Positions 51,659-63,149 of a DNA stretch of 64,000 nt are shown here, one piece after another. Where the stretch lies: contig NC_082707.1 in NCBI RefSeq assembly GCF_030144855.1, forward strand, positions 170,376,001-170,440,000, read 5' to 3'. The translations under genes and the position numbers were made by a program. The stretch is from Hypanus sabinus. Taxonomy: Eukaryota. The notes under the pieces were generated by a model. The model had not been told where the DNA came from and did not search any database. It worked only from the letters and a program-made list of their open reading frames with translations. Position 1 is the first letter of the stretch. Each line of letters opens with the position of its first letter.

Positions 51659-52109
51659 TATTGCATCCACTTCTGTGGTAGTAAATGGAACTATTGAACC
51701 AGAAGAGCAGACATTATCAGTGTGCTGTTCACATGGTGTGTCCTTCCAATGCTACAATTTTATACAATTATCTTTAAGTTGATTGGTTGCTATTATGGAT
51801 ATTCAATTGTGATGTAGGGAAGGGGTCTTCTCACCGGCAAACTCAATGAGTTGTCTGGAATTTTGCCTGCGTTGGCTTATTAATGGGATTAAAGTCTAAG
51901 TGTCTTTCTATAGAATTGTTATGGAAAACCATATTTCTAGGGACTCCATGACGTTCACTGATACCAATTGAATTTGTGCCCCCCCTTGATCTTCATGAGT
52001 AGAGACTCGGGAGAGTTGGTCAAACTGCTTAACAACCAATTGATGTTCGTGGATCCTTTCATATTATTTTCTCCCAGTCTGGCCAACATAACATCTCAAT
52101 GCAGCTCTG

Positions 52110-52980
52110 GAGATCCATCGGTACAGTGGTCTCTACTTTGCGAAGTTGGACTTGGCTGAAGCCTACTTCCAGGTAGAAGTGGCAGAAAATTCACAGGAGC
52201 TTCTTAAGACTACAACACATGAAGGGTTGTTTTCCTTCATTTGCCTTTCTGGATATGGGTGGTTCCTTCAAATTTACAGCCTATGGACACTGAGCTGAGT
52301 TACCTCAATGACATCATTGTGATGGGAAGGATCAGACAGAGCTACTGTACAAGACTTTGGACAGAAAAATGCTGTCTTCATTCAAGTTCCTGGATTCATT
52401 ATAGTTGAAAATGGTTGTCACCCAGATCACAAAATTATCACTGCCATGTTAGGGTATCTCCACCTTCTTATGTCAGCACCTCATTTTTGGGCACCATCAG
52501 TCATTATTCAGCATTCCTCCCAGTAATGCACTACTTGAGGGATCCACTCAATGCCCGGCTCAACAAGGGTGTCATGTGAAAACGGTTCAAACTATGCAGA
52601 GTGGTTTTTGATCAGGTGAAGAATATGCTGTCATTTGACCTTCTCATAATGCATTTCAGCTCAGAGTTGCCAATCATTGTTGTCACAGATGTGTTCAGCT
52701 ACAGATTGGCGTTGTCATATCCCATATCTTCCCTGATGGTTCTGAAGAAGCTGTTGTGCATGCAGCCATATCATTGACAGCAGCAGAAAGGATCTACAGA
52801 CAAATTGAGAAAGAAGCCTTGGGAATCATCTTTGCTGTGAAGAAATTCCACAAGATGCTTTATGGCCTGCACTTCATTCTCCATATTGATCATAAATCAC
52901 TGTTGTCTATCTTTGGGTCTAAGAAAGACATCCTGGTATATACAGCCAACCATCTACAAAGTGGGCTATGATGATATAAG
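52110..52980 (+). mobile_element. Ty3/Gypsy pol remnant: RT plus RNase H
   Basis: FAKLDLAEAYFQV..TTHEGL, YLNDIIV (YLDD variant), [35 protein letters not shown]. Confidence 0.9.
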
Positions 52981-52984
52981 CAAG

Positions 52985-53472
52985 GTTTCTGGGGGCAGGA
53001 TTCATTAGGGAAGGAGCAGTGACCATCTATGGTGAGTCATAGAGGCAGTGTATTGGGAGGGATTCTACTAGAGAGGGGAGACTGCTTTTTGATTGCTGGT
53101 GGGATTGCTGTGCAGCTGGAGAGGGGAGAGACTCTGCTATGTCTGCAGAATGTTACTCAGGATTTCTGCATTTGGATATGGATATCAATATGGACTTGAC
53201 CAATGGACTTTATTTCAGACTTATAGTTATTTGTTTTGTGTTTTTCACCTGATCCTTCTCATTTTTGTTTTGTGTGCAGGTGAGGAGGATTGAGACGATG
53301 GGGGGGGGGGGGGGGGGGTGGGGTTTGATGTTTCTGTTCCATTTCTGTTTATTTTTTTGAGTGGGGAGGAAGGATTGGGGGCTGATAATCGTTCTGCTGT
53401 TCTTTACTTTCTTGGTTTTATGGCTATCTGGAGAAGAAAAATTTCAGAGTTGATAATAAATGAACCTTTGAA
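52985..53472 (+). mobile_element. Non-coding retroposon with CTTTGAA-type tail and an internal poly-G run
   Basis: Ends GATAATAAATGAACCTTTGAA; body similar in style to 19045-19345; G-run at ~53299-53323. Confidence 0.55.
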
Positions 53473-55756
53473 GTCGTCTGTGAGCTGGTGATCACACGCC
53501 CAAAGTGCTTGGTCTGGAATATTGTGTCTCCCAGCTGCCTTCCAGGGGTTGACTCTGCAAAGACATGTGATCTCATGTCTGCTGCTGTGCAGACAGTGGT
53601 TGCTCACCTGGAAGTGGGATAACTTCCAATGGTTTTGGGTTTGCAGACCACAAAATTCTAAACTCAAATGAAGACCTTAAGCCCTATCCAATATAAACAG
53701 CTTAGGGTACACTCACTAAAGGGAAGTTATTCTGTAAGTACCAATCTTCAAAGACTAGTTCACTTCCCTGTTTACCCTACACGATTTAGCTGCCAATAAC
53801 CACAATATGAGAGGTGGGTCCCTCCTCCCTGCTAAGGAGGAGATGCATAGAGCTAACAAAGTAATTTGAACACAGTTTATTTATTTTCAGTCATAGACAG
53901 TTAAATCCAAACAAAATTCTTAAAACACATTTAAAACTCAGAGAATTTCTATCTTAAACATTTCCAAATAACAAACCATTTCTAAAATACAAAGGATTTC
54001 TAAAACACAGGTACAATTCCTACAAGCTAAAAAGACTTACCTATGAGGTGCAGGTGAACCAACTGTCCATTGCAGGAACTGAAGGCAGAGGAATGGATTC
54101 TAGTTTACCTCCATGTTTCTTGATGTTCTTTACCATTCCTAAAATGCCTGAACTGCTCTCAACATTTATACTCTTTCTTTGCCACTTGGGTGACTTCACA
54201 TGCATGTGCCATTTTTGCAGATACCTTTGAACACAAACAGTCTAGAAGTTTCTGGAGACAGAGATCTAAGGTACCCATAATTAATGCTGTGAAGCTGATT
54301 CTATGAGTACACAAATCAGCCAACTATTAACACATCAGCTATTTGATAATATCAATCTGGTCTGCAGGTTTTCTTTAGCTAAACAACTTAGGCAGTGCTG
54401 TTTAGTTTGAAACAAGCCAAACTTAAAAAAAAAACATTCTTTTGCACTGCACCTCTTGAGCAGTGAGCACAGGTGCTGTGGGGTCAGAATTCTGTGCTTC
54501 TTTGCAAAACTGTTTTTAACTTCAGACTAATTACTGCTTGAATTTTACATTAAAAGCTGAAGACTGTGGCTCCTGTTTACAACTAGAAGCTTAACAAAGC
54601 ATTTTCCTTGGAAGTTTAACTTACTTTAAAACAACTTTTTGATCTTTAAAAGTGTAGCTGTGGGGTTTAGGAAGCCAAGCTTGGGAAAAAAAGAACAAAG
54701 AAGAGGACACCTGGCCCAAAGACACTGAATGTCCATCACTAGCTTTCATGGCTGACATTGTGTTGCATATCTTGAAGTGTGTTTAAAAGATGTTTAGGGG
54801 TCACTGGTATAGTTGATGCTGTTTATTCTTGTACAGTCAGTAATGTCCTTGATGGCTAGTCACGTATGCTGAGCATCTTACTCAGACAGGTGGTGCAAAC
54901 TTTTTGCACTTATGGCATCTTTGCCCCCCTTTATGCCTCAGCCGGGGTTTTTCCTGATGGTCTAAGAGCTGTTCTGTCTTCATACACAAAGGCAGTATCC
55001 TAGTCTTTTAGTAGGGAGCACAGCTCTGTGTTCAGCAAGTTGATCAACAAGTTAATTTCATTAATCACAGACAAAATGGGATTTTTGAGACCTAATATAC
55101 TGTATTTATGTCTCATTCTGTGTTCTTCATCTATTAACTTTTTTTTACCAATTAGCAGGCAGGAAGATTGAGTGATTTTATAATGGACCGAATTTTATAT
55201 ATACATATAGTATAGTTTCATGCATGTAATTAACTAAGCTGATTGTCTGAGTTTGTTTCCTTTTCAAAAGAAAGTATTGTAGTGTTCTTGTGCGTAGCAT
55301 TAAGTAGGTGAAATATATTGTTTCACCCTGGTACTGGGCTTCAACTGAGTTGCTGCTTCAATAAAGGATGTTGTGTTCTAGCTTCAGCTTGATCTGATTG
55401 CCTTTCTTTTGGAGCATCTTTAAAGAAACCCACAGAGACTACAGATGGCAAGGATAAAAAAAATGAACTGAGATCAAGAATGCATCAGACTGCCTGAATA
55501 CCTCGTCTCTGAATTGAACTGGTGTAACAAGTTGACTTTGAGCATATTGTACAAGTTCTACTTCTCTCAAAGCTTGGAAAAAAATACAGTCAGTTAAAAG
55601 GCAAGGCACATTTTCATGAATTTTATAGCTTTGTATTTTTTTCACATTTTAGTTATATGATTGTGCGATGGCAGCACTGAAACACAAATATAATGGATGA
55701 ATGAAAGACAGACTTACAATACAGGGAATTTGGTATTTCTGGAATTATTAAATAAT

Positions 55757-56710
55757 AGACCCAGAATGGGAATGGGACGTGGAATTAAAATGTGTGGCCA
55801 CTGGGAGATCCTGCTTTCTCTGGCGGACCGAGCGCAGGTGTTCAGCGAAACGGTCTCCCAGTCTGCGTCGGGTCTCACCAATATATAAAAGGCCACACCG
55901 GGAGCACCAGACGCAGTATATCACACCAGCCGACTCACAGGTGAAGTGTCGCCTCACCTGGAAGGACTGTTCAGCGAAACTGTCTTCCAGTCTGCGTCGG
56001 GTCTCACCAATATATATAAAAGGCCACACCGGGAGCACCAGATGCAGTATACCACAGTATACCGGATGCGTTCGGTGCTCCCGGTGTGGTTTTTTATATA
56101 TTGGTGAGACCTCACGCAGACTGGGAGACTGTTTCGCTGAACACCTGCGCTCGGTCCGCCAGAAAAAGCAGGATCTCCCAGTGGCTACACATTTTAATTC
56201 CACGTCCCATTCCCATTCTGATATGTCTATCTATGGCCTCCTCTATTGTCAAAATGAATCCAAACTCAGGAACAACACCTTATATACTGGCTGGGTAGCC
56301 TCCAACCTGATGCAATGAACAGTGACTTCTCTAACTTCTGTTAATGCCCCTCCTCCCCTTCTTACCCCATCCCTGACATATTTAGTTGTTTGCCTGTTCT
56401 CCATCTCCCTCTGGCGCTCCCCCCCTCCTTTCTTTCTCCTGAGGCCTCCCGTCCCATGATCCTTTCCCTTCTCCAGCTCTGTATCACTTTCGCCAATCAC
56501 CTTTCCAGCTCTTAGCTTCATCCCACCCCCTCCAGTCTTCTCCTATCATTTCGCATTTCCCCCTCCCCCCACTACTTTCAAATCTCTTACTATCTTTCCT
56601 TTCGGTTAGTCCTGACGAAGGGTCTTGGCCCAAAACATCGACAGCGGTTCTCCCTATAGATGCTGCCTGGCCTGCTGTGTTCTACCAGCATTTTGTGTGT
56701 GTGTTGTTGT
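55757..56710 (+). mobile_element. Neptune-type PLE with inverted, partly duplicated 5' segment
   Basis: GIY-YIG reads on both strands (ORFs 55748-56203 minus and 55779-56318 plus); 55762-55915 is inverted relative to 56066-56220; hammerhead motif at 56607-56644. Confidence 0.92.
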
Positions 56711-57156
56711 TTAGTTTTCTATGCTCATTACCACTTAAATAAGTTTCCTGTAAATATAATGTAAATACTACATGGGCTTGTTCTTTTTTCATTTTGGATA
56801 AAATTCTCTTACATTTGATTGGATTTAATAGCCCATTGACATTAAAATAAATGAATTTTACTTTGTCCTTAGCCATCTGTAGTTATCTGTCAATGTATCA
56901 TTGAAATTAACAGAATAAAACTTAATTGATCTACTCCCTGAACAAATAAGAACGAAGAAACGCAAATAATAACAAAAATGGCAACAAATGTGCGATTCCA
57001 AGGCTGAGGTCACTAGTAGATGACCCTGCGTTGAGCTAGAGGAAATGTCTAGCTGTGGAGGATAACCCCTCCTCCTTGTGAGTTGAGGGCCCCCATTGCA
57101 GTATTCATAAAAGTCAGTAAACAAATCCATTACATAGAAAAGATTTCCCGGTGTAA

Positions 57157-57158
<2 letters not shown>

Positions 57159-57192
<34 letters not shown>
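57159..57192. repeat. (TA)17 microsatellite in the L1 inter-ORF region
   Basis: Direct read. Confidence 0.95.
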
Positions 57193-57200
<8 letters not shown>

Positions 57201-57384
57201 TGCATACACATACATATATTCTCATTTTCTCATTTTGGTGGGGAAAAAGGAGTAAGTGAGCGAATAAAGAATAACAACTAAGTAATATAAAATCCACATT
57301 ATAATAAGTATTTCTCTAGATAGGTATATCACCGTTTACTTTTGCTTCTGTTTAGTTTCTCAATATTTTTAAAGTTAGCCAAAC

Positions 57385-58400
57385 CTTATGGCTCTTCTGG
57401 AGGGGGTGAGGGCTGTCTTTGGAAAACTCCCAGTCTCTTTCCAATATACTTCTCTGGGCCTCCTCCTGTCTCCTGCCTTCTCGAATCTCACACTATTTCC
57501 CAAGCGGAGCGGGATAATTCCACTGCCAGGCTCTCCCTCGGTTTGATCACGCTGACGGGCAACCCTCTGGCCTTCATGTCTGTAGTCATCTCTTCCACTG
57601 TCTGATACAGTTGGATCCCATCTTGATAAAATACTCGAAGTTTAGCAGGGTACGGCGTTTGAAATCTAATCCTTTCTTGCTTTAGTATTCATTTTACTTC
57701 AGAGTATTCCTTACATTTCTGCAGAACTGTGGGGGGGGGGGTAATCTTGGTCAAAATATATTAATTTATCATCTAAAAACACCCTAATCTTACCTTAGGC
57801 CCTTTGTAGAATCTCCATCTTGGTACTGTATTGAAGGAATTTAATTATTATTGTGCATGGCTTATCTGTTCTGTCTCCGGTAGGCTTTGGGACGAGCACA
57901 CGGTACGCTCTCTCAATTTCCAGCTCCATAGTCGAGGGAAGCTCCAGCATGTCCCGCAGCAACTTTCCGACAAACTCCGTCATAGACAAGCCCTCCGCTC
58001 CTTCGGGAACGTTGTATATTCTGATATTTTTCTGCCGTGATCTTCCCTCCAGGTCAAGTAGCTTACCTTCTTGTTGATTTAATATTTTTATCATCTTACT
58101 TAGTATCCACTCCACATTTTGAATGCAATTTTCCACCTTCTCAATTCGAGTCTCTGCCACCACTATTTTTTGATCGACGCTGATGAGCTCTGACTTAATA
58201 TCATGTAGCTGCTGTTTTGTATCTTTCTGGAACTCCCTTACCTCTTTCAGAATTTCGATCATATTCACCGCTTCGCCTGAACGAGGCACGGCGTCCGCCT
58301 CGCTAGCACGCGGTCGGGTAGGAGAGCAGCTTGCTGCACTGCTCTTGGCCGCAGGCTCCGCTTTTTTTTATTTCCATTCTTTTTCCTCATTCTTACCCCT
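57385..58400 (-). pseudogene. L1 ORF1p remnant (coiled coil, RRM, CTD), disrupted
   Basis: ORF 57795-58289, continuing after a stop/frameshift (IYFDQDYP..IRFQTPYPAKLRVF). Confidence 0.85.
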
Positions 58401-58506
58401 CTTATCAGTTCAAATACTTTCGAAAAATACGATATTTGATGGGTTAACGGGGCTTAATCTGCACTTTTCCAGCGGATCTAGTGACTTAAGCTGCCATTCT
58501 CAATGA

Positions 58507-58520
58507 TGACGTCACCGGAA
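58507..58520 (-). promoter_or_regulatory. Adjacent CRE (TGACGTCA) and ETS (CCGGAA) sites at the L1 5' end; candidate internal promoter
   Basis: TGACGTCA at 58507-58514 and CCGGAA at 58515-58520, at the first bases of the L1. Confidence 0.45.
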
Positions 58521-58522
58521 CC

Positions 58523-60888
58523 CTTGGCTCTCCTAATTTCATTCTTAAACTCCTTCCTGCTAGCCTTATAATCTTTTAGATCTCTATCATCACCTAGTTT
58601 TTTTGAACCTTTCATAAGTTTTTCTTTTCTTCTTGACTAGATTTTCAACAGCCTTGGTACACCATGCTTCTGGTATCTACCACCCTTTCCCTGTCTTATT
58701 GGAATGTATCTATGCAGAACGCCACGCAAATACCCCCTGAACATTTGCCACATCTCTGCTGTACATTTCCCTGAGAACATCTGTTCCCAATTTATGCTTC
58801 CAAGTTCTTGCCTGATAACTTCATATTCCCCCTTACTCCAATAAAACACTATCCTAACTTGTCTGTTCCAATCCCTCTCCAATGCCATTGTAAAGGAGGT
58901 AGAATTGTGATCACTATCTCCAAAATGCTCTCACACTGAGAGACCTGACACCTGACCAGGTTCATTTCCCAATACCAGATTAAGTACAACCTCTCCTCTT
59001 GTAAGCTTATCTACATATTGTATCAGGAAATCTTCCTGAACACACCTAACAAACTCCACCCCATCTAAACCCCTTTCTCTAGGAAGATGCCAATCAATAT
59101 TTGGGAAATTAAAATCTCCCACCACGATGACCCTGTTATTATTACACCTTTCCAGAATCTGTCTCTCTATCTGCTCCTAGAAGAACGTGTTACTATTTGC
59201 TGGTCTATAAAAAATGCCTACTAGAGTTACTGACCCCTTCTTGTTTCTAACTTTCACCCACAGAGACTCAGTAGACAATCCCTCCATGACTTCCTCCTTT
59301 TCTGCAGCCGTGACACTATCTCTGATCCGCAGTGCCACGCCCCCACCTCTTTTGCCTCCCTCCCTGTCCTTTCTGAAACATCTAAAACCTGGCACTCCAA
59401 GTAACCATTCCTGCCCCTGAGCCATCCAAATCTCTGTAATGGCCACAACATCTTAGCTCCAAGTACTGATCCACGCTCTAAGCTCATCCGCTTTGTACAC
59501 GATGCTTCTTGCATTAAAATAGACACATCTCAAGCCTTTGGTCTGAGCGCAATCCTTCTTTATCTCCTGCTTATCCTCCCTCTCACACTGTCTCCAAGGT
59601 TTCTCTGCTTGTGAGCCAACCGCCCCTTCCTCTGTCTCTTCAGTTCGGTTCCCACCCCCACCCCCAGCAATCCTAGTTTAAAATCTCCCCAGCAGCCTTA
59701 GCAAACCTCCCTGCCAGGATATTGGTCCCCCTGGGATTCAAGTGTAACCCGTCCTTTTTGTACAGGTCACACCTGCCCCAGAAGAGGTCCCAATGATCCA
59801 GAGATCTGAATCCCTGCTCCCTGCTCCAATACCTCAGCCATGCATTTATCCTCCACTTCACTTTATTCCTATACTCACTGTCACGCGGCACAGGCAGTAA
59901 TCCCAAGGTTACTACCTTTAGACCTGATTCTCAACTTCCTCCCTAACTCAGTGTAGTCTGTTTTTAGGACCTCTTCCCTTTTCCTACCTATGTTATTGGT
60001 ACCAATATGTACCACGACCTCTGGCTGTTCTCCCTCCCACTGCAGGATATCTTGTACACGATCTGAAACATCCTGAACCCTGGCAACTGGGAGACAAACT
60101 ACCATCTGCGTTTCTTTTCTGCATCCACAGAATCGCCTGTCTGACCCCCTAACTGTAGAGTCCCCTATCACTACTGCCATCCTCTTCCTTTCCCTACCCT
60201 TCTGAGCCACATGGCCGGACTCTGTGCCAGAGGCACGGCCACTGTTGCTTCCCCAGGTAGGCCGTCCCCACTGACAGCACTCAAACAGGAGTACTTATTG
60301 CTAAGAGGGACAGTCACAGGAGTACTCTGTAGTATTTGACTTTTGCCCTTCCCTCTCCTGACTTTTACCCACTTATCTGCCTCCTGAGGCCCTGGAGTGT
60401 CTACTTGCCTTATAGCTCCTCTCTATCACCTCCTCACTCTCCCTGACCAGACGGAGCTCATTGAGCTGCATCTCCAGTTCCCTAACGTGGTCCCCAAGGA
60501 GCTGCAGCTCAATGCACCTGGCGCAGATGTGGCCGCCCGGGAGGCTGGGTGTCTCCTGGAGATCCCACATCTGACACAGAGCACAGAACACTGGCCTCAC
60601 AGACATACTTCCTGTTTCTATTCCTCAGAGGTAACTTACCTCGCCTCGACCCAAATAAGCCAAAGCCCTACCACTCTGCCGATGAATGCTCCGCTAGGCA
60701 GTGTCTCCCTTTTATGCCTGAACCTTCCCTGCTCTCCAACTCCCGATTGGTGCTCTGGTTATAGCCGCTGATAGGCCATGTACAATGGACAAATGTACTC
60801 GAAGCTCCCTTTTTAGATCACTGCCGCCTACCTGCGAGAAATCCCTCTTGGTAAAGCTCTGTTGACGCTGCTGATAGGTCACGTACAA
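58523..60888 (-). mobile_element. CR1 LINE 5' portion: 5' UTR, ORF1 (zinc finger plus SGNH esterase) and ORF2 endonuclease (3'-truncated)
   Basis: CALCQMW..ICARC; VVIGDSTVRG..VVHIGTNNIG..DGLHLNPRG; AITEIW, VGDFNFPNIDW; a 22-bp direct repeat in the 5' UTR. Confidence 0.93.
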
Positions 60889-62189
60889 AAAAACATTAAT
60901 ATTATTCTTTCAAAAAGGCAATTGAAAACTAACATCATTTCTGTAGAGTATTGTTATTGTAACTGTTTACTATCCAAACACTGATGTGTATACCAGGTCT
61001 GTGAGGATTTCAAAACATGTCATCCAACAGCACCTATTCTCACAACGATCTACCTGGTATCGAGCCAGTATGAGGCATTTCCTGTGAAAAAGTTATTCAC
61101 CACTTCATTTGGCAGTAGGGACAATCATTGTTAATCTTTTTTTCAAATCATAGGTGGAGTTTAAAGAATCAAGGGGTGGCATTGCATGCTGCATGCCTAC
61201 AGAATTTTTGCTCATGATGTAGTTTGCCACCTCTGCCCTAGGGAGTATGGAGGAACAATAGGGTCTTGGTACACATTTTCAAGAATCCTTGAAAGCAGCA
61301 GCACAATTAGATAAACTGGTGAAGAAGGATAATTGTTTCCATGCCCTTTGACTCCATGACTGTGCAGATATTTGGATTTTGGAGTTAGATAGACTGTAGG
61401 GATTTCATTGAAGCTATTTCATATGTAGCTGTTGAATCACTGATAACAGTGACATAACTGCTTACAAATATATAACTATTTTTACAAATTAACTTCAAAT
61501 TGATAAACATGTTTTTCATGAGATTGACAGATATAGATCAATTAGAGTGTAAGAAGTACTTGCTCTTTCCATTATGTGGATATTTTTGAAAGGGCAGAGA
61601 AACATTTTTCACTGTAGAGTGAAGCTCCTGTTTATTAATTACTGTGTCAGTGTTTAGGAAGCTGTGTGACTGTTATACTAATCAGAATAATTATCAGTAG
61701 AATAATACCAATGTTCGCCACACCAAAGCTAACCCGTGTTGAGGGGCGGTGCTTCCATTTCCAAAGAAACACATTTGGAGAAAAATAGTTAAACTCTGAT
61801 GTCCATCTGTGCTTTTTAAAGGACATTAGAGCTTTAAATCAAATTATATTCTTGGCTGAATTCACAGTGAACGCATTGTTGCTATGCATTTTGTTACTAC
61901 ATAAACTTTTGAGATGAGTAGTCATGAGAACTTTTATTATCCTGGCATGGCAGAAAGAGTGCCAAATGAAATTATTTCAGCTTTCCTGATTGAGAATTCT
62001 GCTCCCTGTTCACTCAACGTTCTTGGTACCCCAATGGCTGATCTCACAGGATTAGGTATCAGGAAGCTGAATTGCAAGAGGACCTCACATAATGTAGCAA
62101 GATTACATGGGTAGGCAGGGCCATGACAAATTTCCTCTGGAAACCTTTAATTATGGGCAAAGTCTGTCTCCAACTTTGCTGGAGGTAAC

Positions 62190-62400
62190 AGACAAAGATG
62201 CTGGAATCTAGAGCAACACACAAGTTGCTGGGGGAGCTCAGTGGGTCCGGCGGTATCTGAAGAATGAAATCAACAGTTAATATTTGGAGTCAAGATCCGT
62301 CATTCAATCCAGATGAAGGATTTTGACCCAAAAACATCATTTGTCCATTTCCCTTTATGGATGCTGCTTGACCTGCTAAGTTTGTTCAGCATCTTGTTTA
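62190..62400. mobile_element. Old PLE-terminus fold-back element
   Basis: AGATGCTGGAATCTAGAGCAACACACAA...; central CAGATGAAGGATTTTGACCCAAAA (decayed hammerhead); ATGCTGCTTGACCTGCTAAGTT arm. Confidence 0.65.
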
Positions 62401-62819
62401 TCTAGATCTGCTGTCTGTCAAAAGGTTCAGTACTATGAATGTCGAAGTATTTAGAAGTACTTTAAAATACTACAATGAAGTAAATAAATGTATTTGAAAT
62501 AGCTAAAAAAAGTTTAAAATACTTGACTCAAATAACCTAAACAAAATGGAACCTGTCGCTCCATTAAAGTCCTTCCCTCCTGTCCTTCAATCCCATTCAT
62601 GAGGTTTAAGAAACAGGATCCAGCTAATCCCTTTTGGTGAAAGCTTGGAGTTTCCAGCCAGTTCTGCTGCACTTTTGTACTCTGTGGAAATCTGTGACCA
62701 GAAACGTATCACCAGCAGAACTTGCACAATGGGTTAGGGACTTCAGAACTGGGAAATGCTGACAGTTCTACTTGGCACTCTCAGTAATATCTGGACCATT
62801 AACATAAATGTGCTGGCTG

Positions 62820-63120
62820 TGTTTCAGGTGGAAGCAATCAAGATTGTGGGTTTAAGGTGCACTTGCTGGGCTGAAGGACTGATAAATCAATGCAATACTG
62901 AGGTAGTGCTCTTCTGCCAGAGATAACCCCTCTCTTGAATGAGTGATTAAATCAAAGCAGTGTTTGCAGCAGCTGTTCTCTGAATCTTGATCAAAATATT
63001 CCCATCATTTAATAGCACAAAGATATGGGGCACTTGATGTATGTTGTTTAACTGAAATGCTCCACAAGTGTTTCTCAATCACAGCATGGATGTACTTTGG
63101 AAGTGTATTATTCACTATGA
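62820..63120 (+). mobile_element. Degraded Deu-domain-like SINE
   Basis: TGCAATACTGAGGTAGTGCT...TGAATGAGTGATTAAATCAAAG resembles the DeuSINE core (recalled, not searched). Confidence 0.45.
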
Positions 63121-63149
63121 AGCACTTGGAATCATAGTTCTCTTCAGCA

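Larger units (their letters stand above)
56711..58522 (-). mobile_element. L1-clade LINE 5' portion: 5' UTR, ORF1, inter-ORF and ORF2 start (3'-truncated)
   Basis: ORF1 LLDLEGRSRQKNIRIYNVPEGAEG..LEIERAYR (L1 ORF1p/Transposase_22 type); ORF2 start MAKDKVKFIYFNVNGLLNPIK..LQETYL (APE). Confidence 0.92.

Noticed and set aside
53299-53323. Poly-G run as a functional G-quadruplex
   Set aside because: Homopolymer expansion inside a retroposon; length is unreliable in assemblies.
55500-55575. Possible minus-strand micro-exon (ALREVELVQYAQSQLVTPVQFRDE)
   Set aside because: Weak donor (GTATTC), no recognisable homology and no partner exons; needs RNA-seq.
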